From Acholeplasma laidlawii PG-8A (lineage in GTDB: Bacteria > Bacillota_I > Bacilli_A > Acholeplasmatales > Acholeplasmataceae): a stretch of 32,000 bases of DNA. Made by a program: the position numbers and the translations under genes. The stretch spans positions 360,001 to 392,000 of the forward strand of contig NC_010163.1 of NCBI RefSeq assembly GCF_000018785.1. Direction: 5' to 3'. A model generated the notes under the pieces. It did not search any database, had not been told where the DNA came from, and saw only the letters and a program-made list of their open reading frames with translations. This document shows, piece by piece, positions 8,412-18,660 of the stretch (its first letter is position 1; the number at the start of each line of letters is the position of its first letter).

Positions 8412-9770
8412 ATGCCTGAACTACCTGAGGTAGAAACCATTCGTAGAAATTTAAATACAGTATTAGAAGGTGAAATCATACGTGAGGTTTTAGTATACTA
8501 TCGACCTATTGTTTCAAATGATGCGTCATTTGAAACCAAATTAAAAGGTCAACGTATACATAAAGTAGAACGTGAAGCAAAGTATTTAAAGTTTATTTTA
8601 GATGACTATCTTTTAGTATCTCATTTACGTATGGAAGGCAAATACTTTATGGACGCGCCTTTAAATAAACATATACATGTAGTGTTTAATCTATCAAGCG
8701 GTCACACGTTAAGTTATGAAGATACACGTAAATTTGGCCGTTTTGAACTGGTAGATATTAAATATAAAGACACTTATTTAAAAGATATTAAAGGGCTTGC
8801 TAAAGACCCTGATACCCTAGATTTAAACACCTTTTATAGTAGTTTTAATCAAAGAAGTAAAACGATTAAAGAAATATTACTGGATCAATCCATTATTGGT
8901 GGTATTGGTAATATTTATGCAAATGAAATACTTTACTTATCTAAAATACATCCAGCCAAAAAAGGTTTTTTAATCAGTAAAGATGAAGCAAAAACCTTAC
9001 TAAATAACTCTAATCTTGTTTTAAACAAGGCCATCGAAATGGGTGGAACGACAATTGACACCTTTGAATCATTAGGGCATAAGGGTGAGTTTCAACAGGA
9101 GTTAAATGTTCATGGCAAAACTGGAGAGATTTGTAAGGTATGTGGCACTAAAATAATTAAATTTCAGTTAAAAGGACGAGGTACTTATATTTGTCCTAAA
9201 TGCCAACCATCTTATGTAGTCGCAATCACAGGTGGTATTGCAACCGGTAAATCTACTGCAACAAACTATTTAAGAAAAAAAGGATTTGTAGTTGTAGATT
9301 CTGATGAAATTGTAGGAAGTCTTTATCAAGATAGTGATGTACTAAATTTAATTGCAAAAACCTTTAAAATGGAAACACCAATTGATAAAGCAAAACTTGC
9401 AAACATCGTTTTCCATGATGAAAAACAAAGAAAAAAATTAGAACACATCTTACATCCACTCGTTTTTGATGAAATTAGCAAACAAAAACAATTAAATAAT
9501 GAACATATCTTATTTTTAGATATTCCTTTATTATTTGAATCGAATTACAAAGAGTTTGATGAATCCATCTTAATAGATACAACTGAAGCACTTCAACTGG
9601 ATAGATTAATGAAGCGCAACAAATATACTCAAGAAGAAGCACTTGTTCGTATAAAAGCGCAGATACCTTTAAGTAAAAAGCGCAAACTAGCTACACACAT
9701 TATAAAAAATAATGGATCTATAGATGCGTTATATGAAAAAATAGATAAATTATTAGAAAGGTATGTATAA
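8412..9770 (+). CDS. Fused formamidopyrimidine-DNA glycosylase (approx. aa 1-265) and dephospho-CoA kinase (approx. aa 266-452)
   Basis: N-terminus MPELPEVETIRRNL and zinc finger CKVCGTKI...GRGTYICPKCQ (MutM). This is followed directly, in frame, by PSYVVAITGGIATGKSTATNYLRKKGFVVVDSDEIV (CoaE P-loop). Confidence 0.93.
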   Translation: MPELPEVETIRRNLNTVLEGEIIREVLVYYRPIVSNDASFETKLKGQRIHKVEREAKYLKFILDDYLLVSHLRMEGKYFMDAPLNKHIHVVFNLSSGHTLSYEDTRKFGRFELVDIKYKDTYLKDIKGLAKDPDTLDLNTFYSSFNQRSKTIKEILLDQSIIGGIGNIYANEILYLSKIHPAKKGFLISKDEAKTLLNNSNLVLNKAIEMGGTTIDTFESLGHKGEFQQELNVHGKTGEICKVCGTKIIKFQLKGRGTYICPKCQPSYVVAITGGIATGKSTATNYLRKKGFVVVDSDEIVGSLYQDSDVLNLIAKTFKMETPIDKAKLANIVFHDEKQRKKLEHILHPLVFDEISKQKQLNNEHILFLDIPLLFESNYKEFDESILIDTTEALQLDRLMKRNKYTQEEALVRIKAQIPLSKKRKLATHIIKNNGSIDALYEKIDKLLERYV

Positions 9771-10974
9771 AGTGAAAGCAAAATCAACATTTAATATTAT
9801 CAGTCAATCAGCACTTTCAAGTGATGAGTGGAAAGTTTTAGGTATTTTATACCAACCAATTATTGGTGTTTTATCGTTTTCTTTATATCATACTTTTTAC
9901 CACTTATTAAACACCAAAAATTATCAATCAGAAACATTTACACATCAATTTCTACTTGATGTGTTAAATGTTAAAATAGATGATTTAAAAGAGGCTAGAG
10001 AAAAATTAGAAGCCATTAACTTACTTAATACCTTTGTTCAAGGTGAACATACAGTCTATCAATTAAAATCACCACTATCCCCAAGAGGATTTATTCAAGA
10101 TACGATTTTAGGACAGTTTCTACTCACTGAAATGGGCAAAAAATTATATGACCAAGTAACAAACCTATTTAAAGTAGAAAAAATAGAATTAACAGGCTAC
10201 ACGGAAGTGACTAAAAACTTTGATGATGTCTTTAACTTTATTGATTCTAACCATTTTTATGATTCTGATGTTTATTTAGGTAAGAAGAGTAACTTAGGTG
10301 CACGTATTAAAGATCAAATTAATTATGAAGCATTTGTTGAAAAATTACCGGACCGAGTTAAAAAACCAATTTTAATGTCTCGTCAAACGGTAGATACCAT
10401 TCAAAAATTAGTGTTTGTCTACCAATTTTCATTAGATGAAATTGCAGATATCTACATTAAAACCGTATCACCAAATGGTGATATTGATTTAGGTAATTTA
10501 AGTTTTAAAGCTCAAACCTATTACCAAGATAAGAAAAAGGTATTACCAGTTGTAAGTGAAACAAAACAATTAAATGGTAAGGAATCTTCAATTAATTACC
10601 TAAAAACTGTTTCCCCTATGCAAATTGTTGAAAAGTATGCAAAAGATGATTATCAATTAATGTATACCGACACAGTGATGTCTTTAATTGAAAGAAATCA
10701 AGTTGAAATCGGTATTATTAATGCATTACTACTTCATATACTAAAATTTAAAGATGGACATTTACCACATATTACATATCTTGAAAAGGTTTTAGAAACG
10801 TGGCTTAAAAAAGGTATACGAACAACAGAAGATGCTTATCATGAAGTTTTAGATAAATCTAGTTATGAAAATAAAACTGTAAGTTATACAGCAAAAACTA
10901 AAACTAAGGCTAAAAATCCTGAATGGGTTGATGCATACTTAGATGAACTTAATGCTGAATTTGAGGACAAATAA
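9763..10974 (+). CDS. dnaB: DnaB-like replication initiation and membrane attachment protein (Bacillus-type DnaB)
   Basis: Located between coaE and dnaI as in Bacillus. N-terminal winged-helix-like region and C-terminal ...SYLKTVSPMQIVEKY... Confidence 0.8.
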   Translation: MYKVKAKSTFNIISQSALSSDEWKVLGILYQPIIGVLSFSLYHTFYHLLNTKNYQSETFTHQFLLDVLNVKIDDLKEAREKLEAINLLNTFVQGEHTVYQLKSPLSPRGFIQDTILGQFLLTEMGKKLYDQVTNLFKVEKIELTGYTEVTKNFDDVFNFIDSNHFYDSDVYLGKKSNLGARIKDQINYEAFVEKLPDRVKKPILMSRQTVDTIQKLVFVYQFSLDEIADIYIKTVSPNGDIDLGNLSFKAQTYYQDKKKVLPVVSETKQLNGKESSINYLKTVSPMQIVEKYAKDDYQLMYTDTVMSLIERNQVEIGIINALLLHILKFKDGHLPHITYLEKVLETWLKKGIRTTEDAYHEVLDKSSYENKTVSYTAKTKTKAKNPEWVDAYLDELNAEFEDK

Positions 10975-10975
10975 G

Positions 10976-11776
10976 ATGAAACTAGAATTTATGAGAGAAG
11001 CCATCTTGAATGATGATGAGACAAAACATTTAAAATTAAATGACGAAGAAGTCATTATTGTGTACCAATATTTACTTCAACGTGATCAAAACGATTCAAA
11101 AAGCTTTAAACCTAAATTAAAGTTTGAACCCTACGTTCAAATTGTATATGAGCCAACTAAAGAAAAAAGACAACAAGATTTAACACGTATCATTAAAAGA
11201 AACTTAGAAACCTTTGAATCAGATATCTACATAGCAGATGCAACCTTAGATGACTTCATCATTAGTGATGACTTTCAAAAAGAAGCAGTTGACTATGCAA
11301 GACAAACCATCGACCAAAAAGATAAGTTCATGAAAGGACTCTATTTATATGGTCCAAATGGTACTGGTAAAAGCTTTTTATTAAGTGGTTTAGCAAATGA
11401 ACTTACTAAACTTAACATTGATGTTATCTATGCCTTTGTTCCAGACTTAATAAGAACATTAAAAGGTGCAATTTCAACAAATCAACTTGAAAAACGTATC
11501 AACATCTTAAAACGTACAAAGGTACTTATTTTAGATGATTTGGGTGGTGAAAACATGTCTGCATGGTTTAGAGATGAAATATTACTACCTGTCATCCATT
11601 ACCGTTTAAATGCAAATTTAATGGTACACATTTCAAGTAATGTGACCTTCAAGGAACTTGCAGAAGGTATGACTCTAAATAAAGATAATGATAGTATTCG
11701 TGTCATGCGTATTATCAAAAGAATTAGTGATTTGACAAAACCCTTCAAATTGATGAAAAGATTCAAAATAGATTGA
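10976..11776 (+). CDS. dnaI: Primosomal protein / helicase loader DnaI
   Basis: AAA+ P-loop GLYLYGPNGTGKSFLLSGLANEL, VLILDDLGGENMSAWFRDEIL. The ATG at 10976 is preferred over the track start at 10943. Confidence 0.92.
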   Translation: MKLEFMREAILNDDETKHLKLNDEEVIIVYQYLLQRDQNDSKSFKPKLKFEPYVQIVYEPTKEKRQQDLTRIIKRNLETFESDIYIADATLDDFIISDDFQKEAVDYARQTIDQKDKFMKGLYLYGPNGTGKSFLLSGLANELTKLNIDVIYAFVPDLIRTLKGAISTNQLEKRINILKRTKVLILDDLGGENMSAWFRDEILLPVIHYRLNANLMVHISSNVTFKELAEGMTLNKDNDSIRVMRIIKRISDLTKPFKLMKRFKID

Positions 11777-11800
11777 TTTTTTAACATTTAAGTGTAAAAT
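11773..11800 (+). promoter_or_regulatory. Candidate promoter for the thrS leader
   Basis: TTGATT (11773-11778), 16-nt spacer, TAAAAT (11795-11800). The -35 overlaps the dnaI stop. Confidence 0.4.
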
Positions 11801-11814
11801 ACTAATAAAGCAAT

Positions 11815-12042
11815 GAATTAGGACAAGATTTAAGTCATAAACGAAAAAGCGATGTAAGAATGGTGAGAGCTTACAAACCCACTTAAATTACCACCTAATG
11901 AGCTGGCCTAAACCAATAGGACCCGTCTTTCTAGCGTTAATAGATAACTTATGAAGTTGCATACATTAATTGTATGAATTAAGGTGGTACCGCGGATTTT
12001 TAAATTCGTCCTTACATTGTTTTATTGTAGGGACTTTTATTT
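11815..12042 (+). promoter_or_regulatory. T-box riboswitch with candidate threonine specifier (ACC)
   Basis: Canonical T-box AAGGTGGTACCGCGG (11981-11995). Stem I base attagg (11817-11822) pairs with cctaat (11894-11899), with ACC-A (11890-11893) just before the 3' arm. Located upstream of thrS. Confidence 0.93.
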
Positions 12043-12043
12043 T
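12008..12043 (+). terminator. T-box-regulated intrinsic terminator
   Basis: gtccttaca (12008-12016) pairs with tgtagggac (12026-12034), followed by TTTTATTTTT. The cctta of the 5' arm can alternatively pair with taagg of the T-box. Confidence 0.88.
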
Positions 12044-12063
12044 TATAAGCAAAGGAGAACGAC

Positions 12064-13992
12064 ATGATTAAAGTAACATTTCCTGATGGCAACATCAAAT
12101 CTTACAAAAAAGGTATTACAGTATTAGAGGTTGCAGAAGATATTTCGATATCTTTAGCAAAAAAAATAGTTGCAGCTAAATTTAATGAGGATTTAGTTGA
12201 AATATCACGTAAATTAGAACATGATGGTAAATTACAATTACTTACTCCAAAAGAGGAACTATCATTTCATGTATTAAATCACTCGGCCGCACACTTAATG
12301 GCACAAGCTATTCGTAAACTTTATCCAGATGCATTATTTGGGGTAGGGCCAGCAATTGAAGAAGGCTATTATTATGATGTTGATTTTAAAGACAGTGTCT
12401 TTACAGATGCAGATTTAGAAGAGGTAGAAAAAATGATGAAAAAATTAAGTGAAGAAAATCACTTAATCGAACGTATTGAAGTATCCTATGATGAAGCTAG
12501 AGACATATTTAAAAATGATCCATATAAATTAGAATTAATTGAAGTTTATAAAGATGATCAGTTAAGTGTTTATAGACAAGGGGAATTCATCGATTTATGT
12601 CGTGGTGGTCACGTACCTTCCACAAAATACATCAAACACTTTAAACTCTTAAGTATTGCAGGTGCTTACTGGAGAGGGGATGCTAAAAATAGACAATTAG
12701 TACGTGTGTATGGTATTGCTTATTTTGAAAAAGCAGAACTTGATAAACATTTAGTGATGCTTGAAGAAAGAAAATTAAGAGATCATAGAAAAATCGGTAA
12801 AGATTTAGATATCTTTATGACAAGCCAAGAAGTAGGCTCTGGGTTACCATTTTGGTTACCAAAAGGCGCAACTATTCGCCGCATCATCGAACGTTATATT
12901 ACTGATAAAGAGTTAGAATTAGGCTATTTACACGTGTATACACCAATTATGGCTAACGTAGAGTTTTATAAACAAAGTGGACACTGGGATCACTATCATG
13001 AAAACATGTATCCTCCAATGGATTTAGGTGATGGAGAAATGTTAGTACTACGTCCAATGAACTGTCCTCACCACATGATGATTTATAAAAAAGATATTCA
13101 CTCCTATAGAGAATTGCCAATACGTTTTGCTGAACTAGGTATGATGCACCGTTATGAAAAATCAGGCGCGTTAAGTGGTTTACAACGTGTTAGAGAAATG
13201 ACTTTAAATGATGCACATATCTTTGTAAGACCTGATCAAATTAAAGAAGAATTTATGCGTGTTGTGCATTTAATTATTGAAGTATATAAAGACTTTAAGA
13301 TCACTGATTATAGCTTTAGATTAAGCTATAGAGATCCAGAAAACAAAGAAAAATACTTTGATGATGATCAAATGTGGCAACGTGCGGAATCAGAACTTAA
13401 AAACGTCATGGATGAAATGAAACTTCCATACAAAGAAGCCATCGGTGAAGCAGCATTCTATGGACCAAAATTAGATATCCAAGTACGTACTGCAATGGGT
13501 ATGGAAGAAACTCTATCCACAGTACAACTAGACTTCTTATTACCGGAACGATTTGACCTAACTTATGTTGGTGAAGATGGTAAGAATAACCATCGCCCGG
13601 TAGTTATTCACCGTGGTGTAGTATCTACAATGGAACGTTTTGTAGCATACTTAATTGAAGAATACAAAGGTAGCTTCCCATTATGGTTAGCACCAGTTCA
13701 ATTAAAACTGATTCCTGTAAATTTAGACTTACATAAAGATTATGTCATGAATCTACATGAACAATTAAAAAAATTAGGATTTAGAGTAGAATCTGACTTT
13801 AGAAATGAAAAGTTAGGCTATAAGATCCGTGAAGCTCAAACATTAAAAATACCATATCAATTAGTGGTAGGTGATAATGAGATGAATACACACTCAATTA
13901 CCTATAGACCATATGGAAGTGAAAAGCAAATTAATATCTCAATTGATGGCTTCATTAAATTGTTAAATGAACGCATGATCAATAAAGACTAA
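12064..13992 (+). CDS. thrS: Threonyl-tRNA synthetase
   Basis: TGS domain, second additional domain ([24 protein letters not shown]), class II motifs ([30 protein letters not shown]), anticodon-binding domain. Confidence 0.97.
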   Translation: MIKVTFPDGNIKSYKKGITVLEVAEDISISLAKKIVAAKFNEDLVEISRKLEHDGKLQLLTPKEELSFHVLNHSAAHLMAQAIRKLYPDALFGVGPAIEEGYYYDVDFKDSVFTDADLEEVEKMMKKLSEENHLIERIEVSYDEARDIFKNDPYKLELIEVYKDDQLSVYRQGEFIDLCRGGHVPSTKYIKHFKLLSIAGAYWRGDAKNRQLVRVYGIAYFEKAELDKHLVMLEERKLRDHRKIGKDLDIFMTSQEVGSGLPFWLPKGATIRRIIERYITDKELELGYLHVYTPIMANVEFYKQSGHWDHYHENMYPPMDLGDGEMLVLRPMNCPHHMMIYKKDIHSYRELPIRFAELGMMHRYEKSGALSGLQRVREMTLNDAHIFVRPDQIKEEFMRVVHLIIEVYKDFKITDYSFRLSYRDPENKEKYFDDDQMWQRAESELKNVMDEMKLPYKEAIGEAAFYGPKLDIQVRTAMGMEETLSTVQLDFLLPERFDLTYVGEDGKNNHRPVVIHRGVVSTMERFVAYLIEEYKGSFPLWLAPVQLKLIPVNLDLHKDYVMNLHEQLKKLGFRVESDFRNEKLGYKIREAQTLKIPYQLVVGDNEMNTHSITYRPYGSEKQINISIDGFIKLLNERMINKD

Positions 13993-14027
13993 GATATATC
14001 AACTAATCCTAGTCAACAATAAATCTG

Positions 14028-14060
14028 CACACACCTGTCATAAATAGGTGTGTGTTTTTA
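14028..14060 (+). terminator. Intrinsic terminator after thrS
   Basis: cacacacct (14028-14036) pairs with aggtgtgtg (14046-14054), then a T-rich run. Confidence 0.8.
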
Positions 14061-14165
14061 TCATAAAGATGGCCTTAAATCGATTAAATAATTATTAAAA
14101 AAACGGTAAACATGTTATGATATTAGTAGTATATTTTCAATTTATAAATGAAAAGGAGTTTATCG

Positions 14166-15071
14166 ATGCTTGAAGTAAAAAATGTCACTTTAAAATACGG
14201 CGATTTTACAGCCGTAGATGACTTATCTTTTGAAGTAGAAAAAGGTGAAATCTTTGGTCTACTCGGCACCAATGGTGCTGGTAAGACTACAACTTTTAGA
14301 ACTATAATGGGTTTACTATACCCATCTAGTGGTTATGTTAGATATGAAGGGGATTTTGTCTCTTATGAAACAGTGGATAAAATAGGTTATATGATTGAGG
14401 AAAGAAGTTTACTAACAAAACTTACTGTAAAAGACTTAATTTTGTATTTTGGTCAACTTAAAAATGTACCTGTTAAAACAATATTAGAACGACTGGATTA
14501 TTGGTTAAAACGTTTTAATATTGTAGATTATAAAATGAAGAAAATTAAAGAATTATCTAAGGGGAATCAACAAAAAATTCAGTTTATTTCAGCACTGATT
14601 AATGAACCATCATTACTAGTACTAGATGAACCTTTTAGTGGTCTAGACGTTATAAATATAGAATTATTTGTTGAAGTTATCAGAGAATACCAACAAAAAG
14701 GTTGTACCATTATCTTTTCATCACACCAAATAGATCATGTAGAAAGTTTTTGTGAGCGCCTAGTTGTCTTAGAAAAAGGTAAATCAGTGATTTCAGGATT
14801 AATTAAAGATGTTAAAAATGACTTTAAAAAGCATAACATTAAAGTCATAGCAGATGGTTTAGATGCTGAAAAAGTACTTGGAATACCTGGTGTTTTTGGA
14901 TGTACAAAAGACTCCAAAGAATGGACCATTAAAATTGAATCAGAAGATGTTGCACCAAGTGTATTTGATTATATTAAGACACTAGAGAATTTAAGAAAAT
15001 ATGATGTTGAGCAAGCAAGTTTATCTGAGATATTTATTGCGAAAGTAGGTAAAAAGTATGAAGAAGCTTAA
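14166..15071 (+). CDS. ABC transporter ATP-binding protein (NatA-like, ABC-2 exporter)
   Basis: Walker A GTNGAGKTTTF, signature LSKGNQQKIQ, Walker B LLVLDEPFSGLD. An ATG at 14166 follows SD aaggag, better than the track start at 14148. Confidence 0.92.
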   Translation: MLEVKNVTLKYGDFTAVDDLSFEVEKGEIFGLLGTNGAGKTTTFRTIMGLLYPSSGYVRYEGDFVSYETVDKIGYMIEERSLLTKLTVKDLILYFGQLKNVPVKTILERLDYWLKRFNIVDYKMKKIKELSKGNQQKIQFISALINEPSLLVLDEPFSGLDVINIELFVEVIREYQQKGCTIIFSSHQIDHVESFCERLVVLEKGKSVISGLIKDVKNDFKKHNIKVIADGLDAEKVLGIPGVFGCTKDSKEWTIKIESEDVAPSVFDYIKTLENLRKYDVEQASLSEIFIAKVGKKYEEA

Positions 15072-16371
15072 GTATTTAATTAAATATGGATTAAAGAAAA
15101 GACTTTTTACAAAAGCATTTTATATTTCAACAGCAGTCATTGGTGTTTTAATTGTAGGTATTACATTACTACCTACAATTATTAGTAGTTTTGCTGATGA
15201 ACCGGGTGGAGAGATTATCGATAATAGAATAACTATTGTAGATACAACCGGATATAACTTTGATGATGCACTACAAACAGTCATTAATTTCTCTTTATTC
15301 AATTTATTTGATAACCAAATTGAATATCTTTTATCAAATGATATTCCTGATGCAACATATTATGATGATGCACTACCAAACTCTGGGTTAATTTACATTT
15401 ATTTAGAAGGTGGTTTGGTTCAAGTACAAGTATATAATTCTGGTTTACATGGCTATGTAGCATCTATACTTGAAAGTTTCTTACCAAACTTACAAAGACT
15501 AAAATATGAAATTGATAATCCAGGTTCTACTGGAATGATTAATGATGTTACTGTAGATTTTGTAAAAGATCCAAATGCAGAAGATACAGAACTTCAATCC
15601 ATTATGTCAGCTTTATCTACAGCAGTGATTATCCCAATCTTTATTTTAATTACAATTGCACTCCAGTTCATAGGTACTGAGATTATGGAAGAAAAATCTA
15701 CTAAGGCAATTGAGATTATTATTGCATCTGTACCACCTAGAACACACTTTTTTGCTAAGATATTGTCCATCATGATATTCTTAGTAGTTCAGCTATTAAC
15801 CTATGTTATCTTTGGACTAGTAGGGTTTGGCTTAAACGAACTGATTGCTAGTGGCAGTACCTCAGTTGGCGGTAGTTGGGGTGATATTGTAGGTATTTTA
15901 GGACCAGTTATTTTACCTACATTACTTGTAACTTTAGTATGTGCTGTATTAGGGGCACTTATCTATGCAATCATAGGTGGATTCTTCGCATCATTATCAG
16001 TTAACCAAGAAGATTATCAAGCAATTCAAACACCTGTTATGATGATTTTAATGATTTCATATATGGGTGGGATATTTGCAGGTGCATCCCAACTATCAGG
16101 ATTACTCTTATTCTTTGGATACTTCCCATTTAGTGCACCACTTGTTTTACCGGTTGCATTTGCTGCTGGACAATTAGGTTGGTTAGAAGTAGTTATTAGT
16201 TTTGCTATTATGATAGTAACTGCAGTAGGGTTACTTGCAGTATTTACACCACTTTACCGTGCAAGTATTCTATCTTATGATCAATCCTCATTATTTAAAC
16301 GTATTAAAAACACTTACCGTACATCTAAGGTATTAAAAGACAATCAAAAATTATATGAAGGTAAAAAGTAA
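15058..16371 (+). CDS. ABC-2 type transporter permease (NatB-like)
   Basis: One N-terminal TM, a large extracytoplasmic region, then several TM helices. 'EIMEEKSTKAIEIIIASVPPRTHFFAKIL' is typical of NatB-like permeases. Overlaps the ATPase gene by 14 nt. Confidence 0.87.
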   Translation: MKKLKYLIKYGLKKRLFTKAFYISTAVIGVLIVGITLLPTIISSFADEPGGEIIDNRITIVDTTGYNFDDALQTVINFSLFNLFDNQIEYLLSNDIPDATYYDDALPNSGLIYIYLEGGLVQVQVYNSGLHGYVASILESFLPNLQRLKYEIDNPGSTGMINDVTVDFVKDPNAEDTELQSIMSALSTAVIIPIFILITIALQFIGTEIMEEKSTKAIEIIIASVPPRTHFFAKILSIMIFLVVQLLTYVIFGLVGFGLNELIASGSTSVGGSWGDIVGILGPVILPTLLVTLVCAVLGALIYAIIGGFFASLSVNQEDYQAIQTPVMMILMISYMGGIFAGASQLSGLLLFFGYFPFSAPLVLPVAFAAGQLGWLEVVISFAIMIVTAVGLLAVFTPLYRASILSYDQSSLFKRIKNTYRTSKVLKDNQKLYEGKK

Positions 16372-17370
16372 TTGAGCAAATTAGAACAATTAAAAATTGA
16401 ATTAAATAAATTAATAGATCCATCATTGAATAAAACATTTGAAGAAGTAGGCAGTATTTTAAGTATTAAAGTCGATGAAGAAGATGTGATAGATTTAGAA
16501 GTCCAGCTTAAAAATAGACGAAAAGATGAAACCAATATCAAACTTGAAATTGCAAGACTTGCAAAAATCAAGTTTGATTATCCAGGTATCCGCATCATAT
16601 TCACCGATTCTAACTACAAACTAGATGATGAAAAATCTATCACTTACCTTGGTATCATCTCAGGTAAGGGTGGTGTTGGTAAATCTAGTGTTACAGCAAA
16701 CCTTGCTGTCGCACTCAAAAGATTAGGCTATAAAGTAGGTGTGATTGATACAGATGTTTATGGTTCTTCCATACCAAGTATTTTTAATCTACCTATTGAA
16801 CCACTAGATACTTCAGAAGATGATGAACTTATACCTGCAAGAACTCTAGATGACATACAAGTCATTAGCCCTGAATTTTTTATGCCGCTAGACCAACCAC
16901 TTATGTGGCGTGGTCCAATGTTGGGTAAACTTATAACACATTTTTTCAATAATGTATTATGGGATGAAGATACTCAAATCGTTTTAATTGATTTACCACC
17001 TGGTACGGGTGATATACAGCTCGATGTACAAACATTTGTACCAGATGCTAAAATGTTACTTGTTACGACACCGCATCCAAATGCTAGCCATGTAGCCTTA
17101 AAAGCTGGTCTTGGCGCTTATGAAATAGGACACAAAATCATTGGTGTGGTTGAAAACATGAGTTACTATTATAATGAAGCAAATCAAAAAAATGAGTATT
17201 TATTTGGTCAAGGTGGTGGAGAAATCACAGCGTCTAAACTACAAAGTGAACTTTTAATTCAAATACCTATTAATCAACCAGTAGATACATCAAGTTACAT
17301 CTATAGTCTTAACGATATGAATGGTAAGTTGTATTTTGCACTCGCGAAAAAGGTTTTAGAAAAACTATAA
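16372..17370 (+). CDS. Mrp/NBP35/ApbC-family P-loop ATPase (SalA-like?) with N-terminal MIP18/DUF59-like domain
   Basis: GIISGKGGVGKSSVTANLAVAL, VGVIDTDVYGSS, IDLPPGTGDIQLDV, VVENMSYY. TTG start abutting the permease stop. Translation has no Cys. Confidence 0.88.
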   Translation: MSKLEQLKIELNKLIDPSLNKTFEEVGSILSIKVDEEDVIDLEVQLKNRRKDETNIKLEIARLAKIKFDYPGIRIIFTDSNYKLDDEKSITYLGIISGKGGVGKSSVTANLAVALKRLGYKVGVIDTDVYGSSIPSIFNLPIEPLDTSEDDELIPARTLDDIQVISPEFFMPLDQPLMWRGPMLGKLITHFFNNVLWDEDTQIVLIDLPPGTGDIQLDVQTFVPDAKMLLVTTPHPNASHVALKAGLGAYEIGHKIIGVVENMSYYYNEANQKNEYLFGQGGGEITASKLQSELLIQIPINQPVDTSSYIYSLNDMNGKLYFALAKKVLEKL

Positions 17371-17385
17371 GAAAGTTGGGATAAT

Positions 17386-18660
17386 TTGGCCAAACTTAGA
17401 AAGTTTTATGACCTAGATAATGCAGCTAAAATTTTTCCTGTAGTAGCTAATGAGTCACGTAGCTACGTATTTAGGATCTCTGTTATATTTAAAGAACCCA
17501 TTAAAGTAGATATATTACAACAAGCACTTAATCGTACAACCAAACGTTTTAAACATCTAAACGTTCGTATTAGAAAAGGATTATTCTGGTATTATTTTGA
17601 AGAAAATTTGAAAGAACCCTTACTATATGAAGAAGATGGTATGATTAATCAATTTCTAGTGTTTAAAAGTAATAACGACTTTTTATTTAGAACACAGTAC
17701 TTTAAAGAAAGACTAAGTGTTGAGTTTTTCCATGCCCTAACAGATGGTAAAGGTGCATTAGAGTTTGTAAACTCGCTTGCTTATGAATACTTAACCTTAG
17801 ATGGTAAAACAATTGATCCTGAAGGTTTAGTTATACGTGCAGATGCAGCAGCAACCTATCAAGAAGTTGCTGATGAATTTCAAAAGTTATATCACGATAA
17901 AAAAATACCTAAAGTAAAAGAAATAAAAGCACATCGCATTAAGGGGACATTTTACCCAAAAAACTATAATGCTGTCATAAATGCTTATGTATCATTATCT
18001 AAAGTTAAAGCAACGGCTAAATCTTTTGATGTCACCATGAATGAACTCATGATTGGCATGATTATATTAGCGCTTAAACGCTCTGGTAAGATACAAAGTT
18101 ATAAACATTTAGCACGTATCTTTATACCTGTAAACATGCGTCAATACTATCCATCTGTTACTTTAAGAAACTTTGCTAGTTATGTACGTATTAATTATGA
18201 TCTTAATCAAGATGAAAATGAGTTAGAACATATTTTATCCTTTGTGAAACTAGAGATGAAAAATCAACTAAACCTAGAAGATATGGTCAACTCAATCATT
18301 CAAAATGTCCGTTATGAACAAAACAAACTACTTAGAATGACACCTTTAAGTATAAAGATTGTTGCAATGCGTAGTGTTTACGGAAAAATCGGTAATAAAC
18401 TGAATACATTTGACACTTCAAACTTAGGTTTAATTAAATTACCTAAAGATATGAGTGAGCATATCTCACATTATAGTTTTATGATTGTGCCTAACCTAGA
18501 TACACCAAAGGCTATGTCTTTTGTGTCGTTTAAGGATACAATGACGATTTCATTTATCTCTAAAATTGTAGAGCGTGATTTTGAAATTGAATTCTTTAAA
18601 ATCTTAAAATCACTGGATATTGAATCCCAAATTGAAGCCAATGGTTGGGAGGTTATATAA
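17386..18660 (+). CDS. Alcohol-acetyltransferase-like / condensation-superfamily acyltransferase
   Basis: Contains HxxxDG-type motif in VEFFHALTDGKGALEF, and a C-terminal conserved-looking SNLGLIKLP segment. TTG start. Confidence 0.6.
   Translation: MAKLRKFYDLDNAAKIFPVVANESRSYVFRISVIFKEPIKVDILQQALNRTTKRFKHLNVRIRKGLFWYYFEENLKEPLLYEEDGMINQFLVFKSNNDFLFRTQYFKERLSVEFFHALTDGKGALEFVNSLAYEYLTLDGKTIDPEGLVIRADAAATYQEVADEFQKLYHDKKIPKVKEIKAHRIKGTFYPKNYNAVINAYVSLSKVKATAKSFDVTMNELMIGMIILALKRSGKIQSYKHLARIFIPVNMRQYYPSVTLRNFASYVRINYDLNQDENELEHILSFVKLEMKNQLNLEDMVNSIIQNVRYEQNKLLRMTPLSIKIVAMRSVYGKIGNKLNTFDTSNLGLIKLPKDMSEHISHYSFMIVPNLDTPKAMSFVSFKDTMTISFISKIVERDFEIEFFKILKSLDIESQIEANGWEVI

Noticed and set aside
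6281-8479. Minus-strand ORFs 6281-6463, 7286-7468 and 8207-8479
   Set aside because: Antisense shadows of polA and the mutM start.
11599-11787. Minus-strand ORF opposite dnaI
   Set aside because: Antisense to strongly conserved dnaI coding sequence, with no independent evidence.
14735-16949. Minus-strand ORFs 14735-14929, 15120-15302, 16344-16571 and 16758-16949
   Set aside because: Antisense shadows of the ABC transporter and Mrp-like genes.
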